From Felis catus (Eukaryota): 64,000 nt of DNA. Where the stretch lies: assembly GCF_018350175.1 (NCBI RefSeq), contig NC_058382.1, positions 51,524,001 through 51,588,000 on the forward strand. Reading direction: 5' to 3'. Shown in pieces: positions 63,852-64,000 of the stretch. The notes beneath the pieces are model-generated. The model was not told the DNA's origin and did not search any database. It saw only the letters and a program-made list of their open reading frames with translations. The translations under genes were made by a program, and so were the position numbers. Every line of letters begins with the position of its first letter. Position 1 is the stretch's first letter.

Positions 63852-64000
63852 GGGGGAAGCTGGGGTCTTGTTTCTGGGGTTTCAGGTGTCTGAAGGTTCA
63901 CCACTGACTTGTATCTGCGTTTCCAGATACAGCCTCTACTGGGGAGGTTCCCAGTATCCACTGGTCAAATAATTCATAGTCCCTCCAGTCTGATATGTTT

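Noticed and set aside
1..64000. Protein-coding genes from the ORF track
   Set aside because: ORFs are short (up to 174 aa), often start at non-ATG codons, and many translate SINEs, LTRs or microsatellites; none resembles a known host protein apart from L1 fragments
1..64000. CRISPR array, operon or prokaryotic defence system
   Set aside because: The sequence is mammalian; the recurring ~200-bp repeats are dispersed SINEs, not regularly spaced repeat-spacer units

Overview
Mammalian non-coding genomic DNA, almost certainly from a felid. It carries about 20 tRNA-derived carnivore SINEs, mostly of the felid SINEC_Fc type, and two carnivore/felid L1 3' ends. These lie on a background of ancient eutherian repeats: many MIR and L2 remnants, four MER20 and one MER5A hAT fossils, MaLR MLT1 LTRs, ERVL-class LTR16/33/40/41-like solo LTRs and old L1M fragments. 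I recognise no protein-coding gene. The only ORFs with recognisable protein similarity are the broken L1 ORF2p C-terminus at 53.4-54.0 kb and a short L1 ORF1p-like motif at 30.7 kb. The window looks like a large intron or intergenic region; I cannot identify the locus. Items worth follow-up: several repeat-free, motif-dense candidate enhancers; a ~1 kb CpG-island-like segment at 49-50 kb; a few weak candidate small exons; three young, possibly polymorphic SINEs; closely spaced inverted SINE pairs; and several apparent DNA-repair scars with templated or fold-back sequence. I found no convincing evidence of a novel biological system. Repeat family names come from my recollection of consensus sequences, not from a database search, and boundaries are approximate.
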